IMG/VR virus record: IMGVR_UViG_3300048588_001019
Coordinates: 1-64,000 of that record
Strand: one strand, 5' to 3'
Origin: a virus
DNA: 64,000 bases
Positions 61,183 to 64,000 of this stretch are shown here, piece after piece. Both the position numbers and the translations under genes were made by a program. How positions within the stretch are numbered: position 1 is the first letter of the stretch; each line of letters starts with the position of its first letter. The notes below the pieces were generated by a model. It searched no databases, had not been told where the DNA came from, and saw nothing but the letters and a program-made list of their open reading frames with translations.

Positions 61183-63025
61183 CCTGATCACTTCAAACCT
61201 CGGATCGGTGGTTCCCGACTTTTATTACGGTTTGATGCCAAACCCTGACATCAGTATTGCTGAATATGCCGAAAAAAACCTTTATCTCGTATCCGGCAAA
61301 AACCCCTTCCCGGGCCTCGTCGATTTTTCTCGAACTCCCTATCTCTGCGAGCTCATGGAAGCACTTATGCCCGATAACGGCATCGAGCGTGTTGTTCTGA
61401 TGAAAGGCTGGCAGACAGGAGGAACACTCACAATCCTCGCCTGGATGCTTTGGGTGATGGGGGTGGCGCCAGCTCCCATGATCATCGTGCAGCCGACCGA
61501 TGAGCTTCGTGAAAAGTTTTCCAAGCAGAGGATCAATCCCATTATTGCAAACTGCAAGGATCTTCGTGAAAAGGTCGCAGAGCATCAAAAACAGGTGCCC
61601 GATAGCAAAAGAGAAAAGGACACCTTGATCTCAAAGCAATTTCCAGGCGGACATATCAACCTTGCAACATCCACCTCGGAACCATCCCTGCGCTCGGAGT
61701 CGGCCCAATACTTGGCGTTCGATGAGGTTTCTGCTTACGACGAGGACTGCCAGGGGCATGGGGATCCCTGTGGGCTTGCTCTTGGCCGCACGTCGGCCTA
61801 TGACGGCCGCAAAAAGATTTTCTATAACTCCACGCCTACCATTCGGGACCACTGCCGGATAGAGCGGGAATACCTGACCACCGATCAGCGAAAGCTCTTT
61901 GTGCCTTGCCTCAGCTGCAGTGAAATGCAGGTTTTGGTGTGGGCGAATTTTGATCTTTCTACGGATGATCCCGCCTATCCTTGCATCCTCTGTGGCTATC
62001 GGCATTTCGAGCAGGACAAAACCCGGATGCTGGCCCGCGCGGAGTGGCGCCCTACTGCCACTTCGGTGGATGGGGGTCGAGGCTATCACTTGCCGGCCCT
62101 CTATGCTCCGCCGGGCATGTGGTCATGGAAAAGCAGCCTCCAGCAGTTTCGCAAGGGGCTGGCAAATCCCGTCGAAATGAAGGTCTTTGTCAATAATTGC
62201 CTGGGCGAACCCTACGAGGATGACACAATTACAAGCTGCGATCCGAACGACCTGATGCAGCTGCGTGAAAATTATTGGCCAGCAGCGAGGCTTCCGGATG
62301 GGATAGGCGTAATTACTGCTGGGGTCGATACCCACCCGACTCATGTTGATATCGTGGTCGTGGGCTGGGGACGCGGCAATGAAAGCTGGGTGCTCGATTA
62401 CTGGATTGAACCGGGGGATTCGAACGCTCCAGAGCTCTGGGCCCGGGTTCACAGAAGGCTGAAGGCCTCCTATCCGCACAGCAACGGCATATCAAGGCTT
62501 CGTATTGCAACAACGTGCGTCGATACCGGTGGTCACAACACCGGAGCGGTTTATGACTTCTGCAGCCGGCACATCAAGCAAAGGATCCTGCCGATCAAAG
62601 GCGCCAAAGGCCCGGCCGCTCCCTATATCGATCATCCCACAGTGAAAAAGGAGGCCAAGGTCTTCCTTTTCCCGGTTGGAAAGCTTGCGACCCATGGCCG
62701 CCTTTTTTCGTCCCTGGAGCGCTCGATGGAGAGAATGAAGGAGTATCGGGAGGCCCTCAGCACCAATCCAAAGGCCAGGTATCGTGATGCGGAGATCATC
62801 CACTTTCATAAAAACCTTCCCGATTCCTTTTTCAAGGAGCTTGCGGCTCCCAAGAAAATCTGGCGAAAGGTCGAAGGGAAGTTTCAGATGGTCTATGAAA
62901 CCGTTGCGGGTGTTGCGGATCATGCTCATGACTGCCTGAGATACGCGCATGCAGCACGCGAAAACATGGATGGAATTGATATCGATCTGGTCTGTGACAA
63001 CTTTGAGAAAAAGGCGAGGATATGA
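61139..63025 (+). CDS. Terminase large subunit, lambda GpA family
   Basis: RTPY, MKGWQTG, FDEVS, STPT, CxxC pairs, AGVD, CVDTGG, HDCLRY. Confidence 0.95.
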   Translation: MVLRCSHRRSPLKRDLITSNLGSVVPDFYYGLMPNPDISIAEYAEKNLYLVSGKNPFPGLVDFSRTPYLCELMEALMPDNGIERVVLMKGWQTGGTLTILAWMLWVMGVAPAPMIIVQPTDELREKFSKQRINPIIANCKDLREKVAEHQKQVPDSKREKDTLISKQFPGGHINLATSTSEPSLRSESAQYLAFDEVSAYDEDCQGHGDPCGLALGRTSAYDGRKKIFYNSTPTIRDHCRIEREYLTTDQRKLFVPCLSCSEMQVLVWANFDLSTDDPAYPCILCGYRHFEQDKTRMLARAEWRPTATSVDGGRGYHLPALYAPPGMWSWKSSLQQFRKGLANPVEMKVFVNNCLGEPYEDDTITSCDPNDLMQLRENYWPAARLPDGIGVITAGVDTHPTHVDIVVVGWGRGNESWVLDYWIEPGDSNAPELWARVHRRLKASYPHSNGISRLRIATTCVDTGGHNTGAVYDFCSRHIKQRILPIKGAKGPAAPYIDHPTVKKEAKVFLFPVGKLATHGRLFSSLERSMERMKEYREALSTNPKARYRDAEIIHFHKNLPDSFFKELAAPKKIWRKVEGKFQMVYETVAGVADHAHDCLRYAHAARENMDGIDIDLVCDNFEKKARI

Positions 63026-63228
63026 CACTTGAAGAACAATTGAAATCTGTGCAGCAGGCGATCGCCAGGATCGAGGAGAACGGTCAGGAGACCGACATTG
63101 AAGTCAATCAGAATCGCCGAAGGGTTTCAAGGGCGGATCTTCAGGACCTCTATCGTCGGGAAGCCCAACTGAAACTGGCGATTACACGCCGGATGGGTGG
63201 AGGCGCGGTTGATGCGATACCCCGATAA
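63022..63228 (+). CDS. gpW-like head-tail joining protein
   Basis: ATGA overlap; RRVSRADLQDL; between TerL and portal. Confidence 0.8.
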   Translation: MTLEEQLKSVQQAIARIEENGQETDIEVNQNRRRVSRADLQDLYRREAQLKLAITRRMGGGAVDAIPR

Positions 63229-64000
63229 GGCCCGAAAGCTATCATTTGCAGCCCGGCTCAAGGGATTTTTTACCGGGGAATCCTCCTGGTCCAAGGCGAT
63301 GGCCGATGCTCCGTATCGATCAACTTCCCGGCGCAGTATGGCGTCTTCCGAGTGGTTCCCTGCCTCTGCAAGCGCTGATGAGGCGCTGATTGGAGCCATA
63401 CCCACTCTTCGTGATCAGTCGCGCGATCTTGATCGGAACGAGGGCATCGCCCGGGGTGCCGTGGAAAATTTTGTTACCAACGTAGTGTCTGATGGTATCA
63501 GGCCTCAGGCCAGGATTGACCATGAGCTGATCGGGATTCCTGAGTCCAAAGCGCGGGAGTTTGAGCGGCGGGCTGAGAAAATTTTTGAGCTGCATATGAA
63601 ATCGGATACGGCCGACTTTCATGGAAAGGCCAGCTTCCCGATGATGCAGGCTCAGGTGCTGCGAGCGGCCTTTCTTGATGGGGATTGCGTGGCCATCCGA
63701 AGGCATGCGATGCGCCCAGGCGCCATACTATCGACCACAGTTCAGCTGATCGATGGCGCAAGACTTCAGAATCCCGACCGCTGCACTGATCCGAATATTG
63801 ATATACGCGAAGGAGTGGAGCTGAGGGATGGCTTTCCGGTCGCCTATCACATCGTAAAGGCCGGTCCTGATCGTTTTGTAGGCAGGGAAACTGTTCGTGT
63901 GCCGCGCTTTGATGATGCAGGAATGCCTCTGGTTCTTCACGTCTATCATCAAAGGCTCCTCGGGCAGAGTCGTGGCGAGCCGGCCCTGGCTCCGATAATT
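63212..64000 (+). CDS. Lambda-family portal protein (truncated by window end; not in the ORF track)
   Basis: SADEAL..TLRDQSRDLDRNEGIARGAVENFVTNVVSDGIRP...GQSRGEPALAP. Confidence 0.93.
   Translation, partial: MRYPDKARKLSFAARLKGFFTGESSWSKAMADAPYRSTSRRSMASSEWFPASASADEALIGAIPTLRDQSRDLDRNEGIARGAVENFVTNVVSDGIRPQARIDHELIGIPESKAREFERRAEKIFELHMKSDTADFHGKASFPMMQAQVLRAAFLDGDCVAIRRHAMRPGAILSTTVQLIDGARLQNPDRCTDPNIDIREGVELRDGFPVAYHIVKAGPDRFVGRETVRVPRFDDAGMPLVLHVYHQRLLGQSRGEPALAPII

Larger units (their letters stand above)
1..64000. mobile_element. Lambda-like (cos-type) prophage with a ~47 kb accessory region; extends beyond both window edges
   Basis: Replication, recombination and lysis genes at 0.5-13.3 kb; cos-like site, TerS, TerL, gpW and portal at 60.3-64 kb; all backbone genes on + strand; no integrase or att site in window. 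Confidence 0.9.

Noticed and set aside
1-64000. CRISPR array, tRNA or rRNA
   Set aside because: No regularly spaced repeat-spacer units or recognisable structural RNA genes seen

Overview
The window is part of a lambda-like (cos-type) prophage, probably in a Bdellovibrionota/Oligoflexia host (inferred from the DUF4423/TIGR02147-type regulator and the membrane class III cyclases). The left 13.3 kb is phage backbone: replication initiator with internal iterons, RecE-like/Sak4-like/SSB/RusA recombination genes, GH108 lysis cluster, HTH regulators, a papain-like protease, a GpZ-like gene and an adenine/N4C methyltransferase. The right 3.7 kb holds a cos-like site, TerS, TerL (GpA), gpW and a portal gene that runs off the window. 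Between them lies a ~47 kb accessory region: polymorphic toxins with immunity genes, a teneurin-like Rhs lipoprotein, McrBC plus Dcm, a DGQHR/ParB-like three-gene operon, an MqsRA-like pair, AbiTii, DUF3800, three cyclases and two intact IS3-family elements. The most notable structure is that the cargo blocks are separated by more than a dozen degenerate direct-repeat copies of backbone fragments, including a second cos-like site. These fall into two collinear rounds (about 11-38.8 kb and 39-60.4 kb), and several start at an 18-bp quasi-palindrome, GGTWAAGRAWTCTTAACC. This looks like a cassette array built by repeated recombinational accretion. No integrase, CRISPR array, tRNA or rRNA was seen. 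All product calls come from motif recognition, not database searches.
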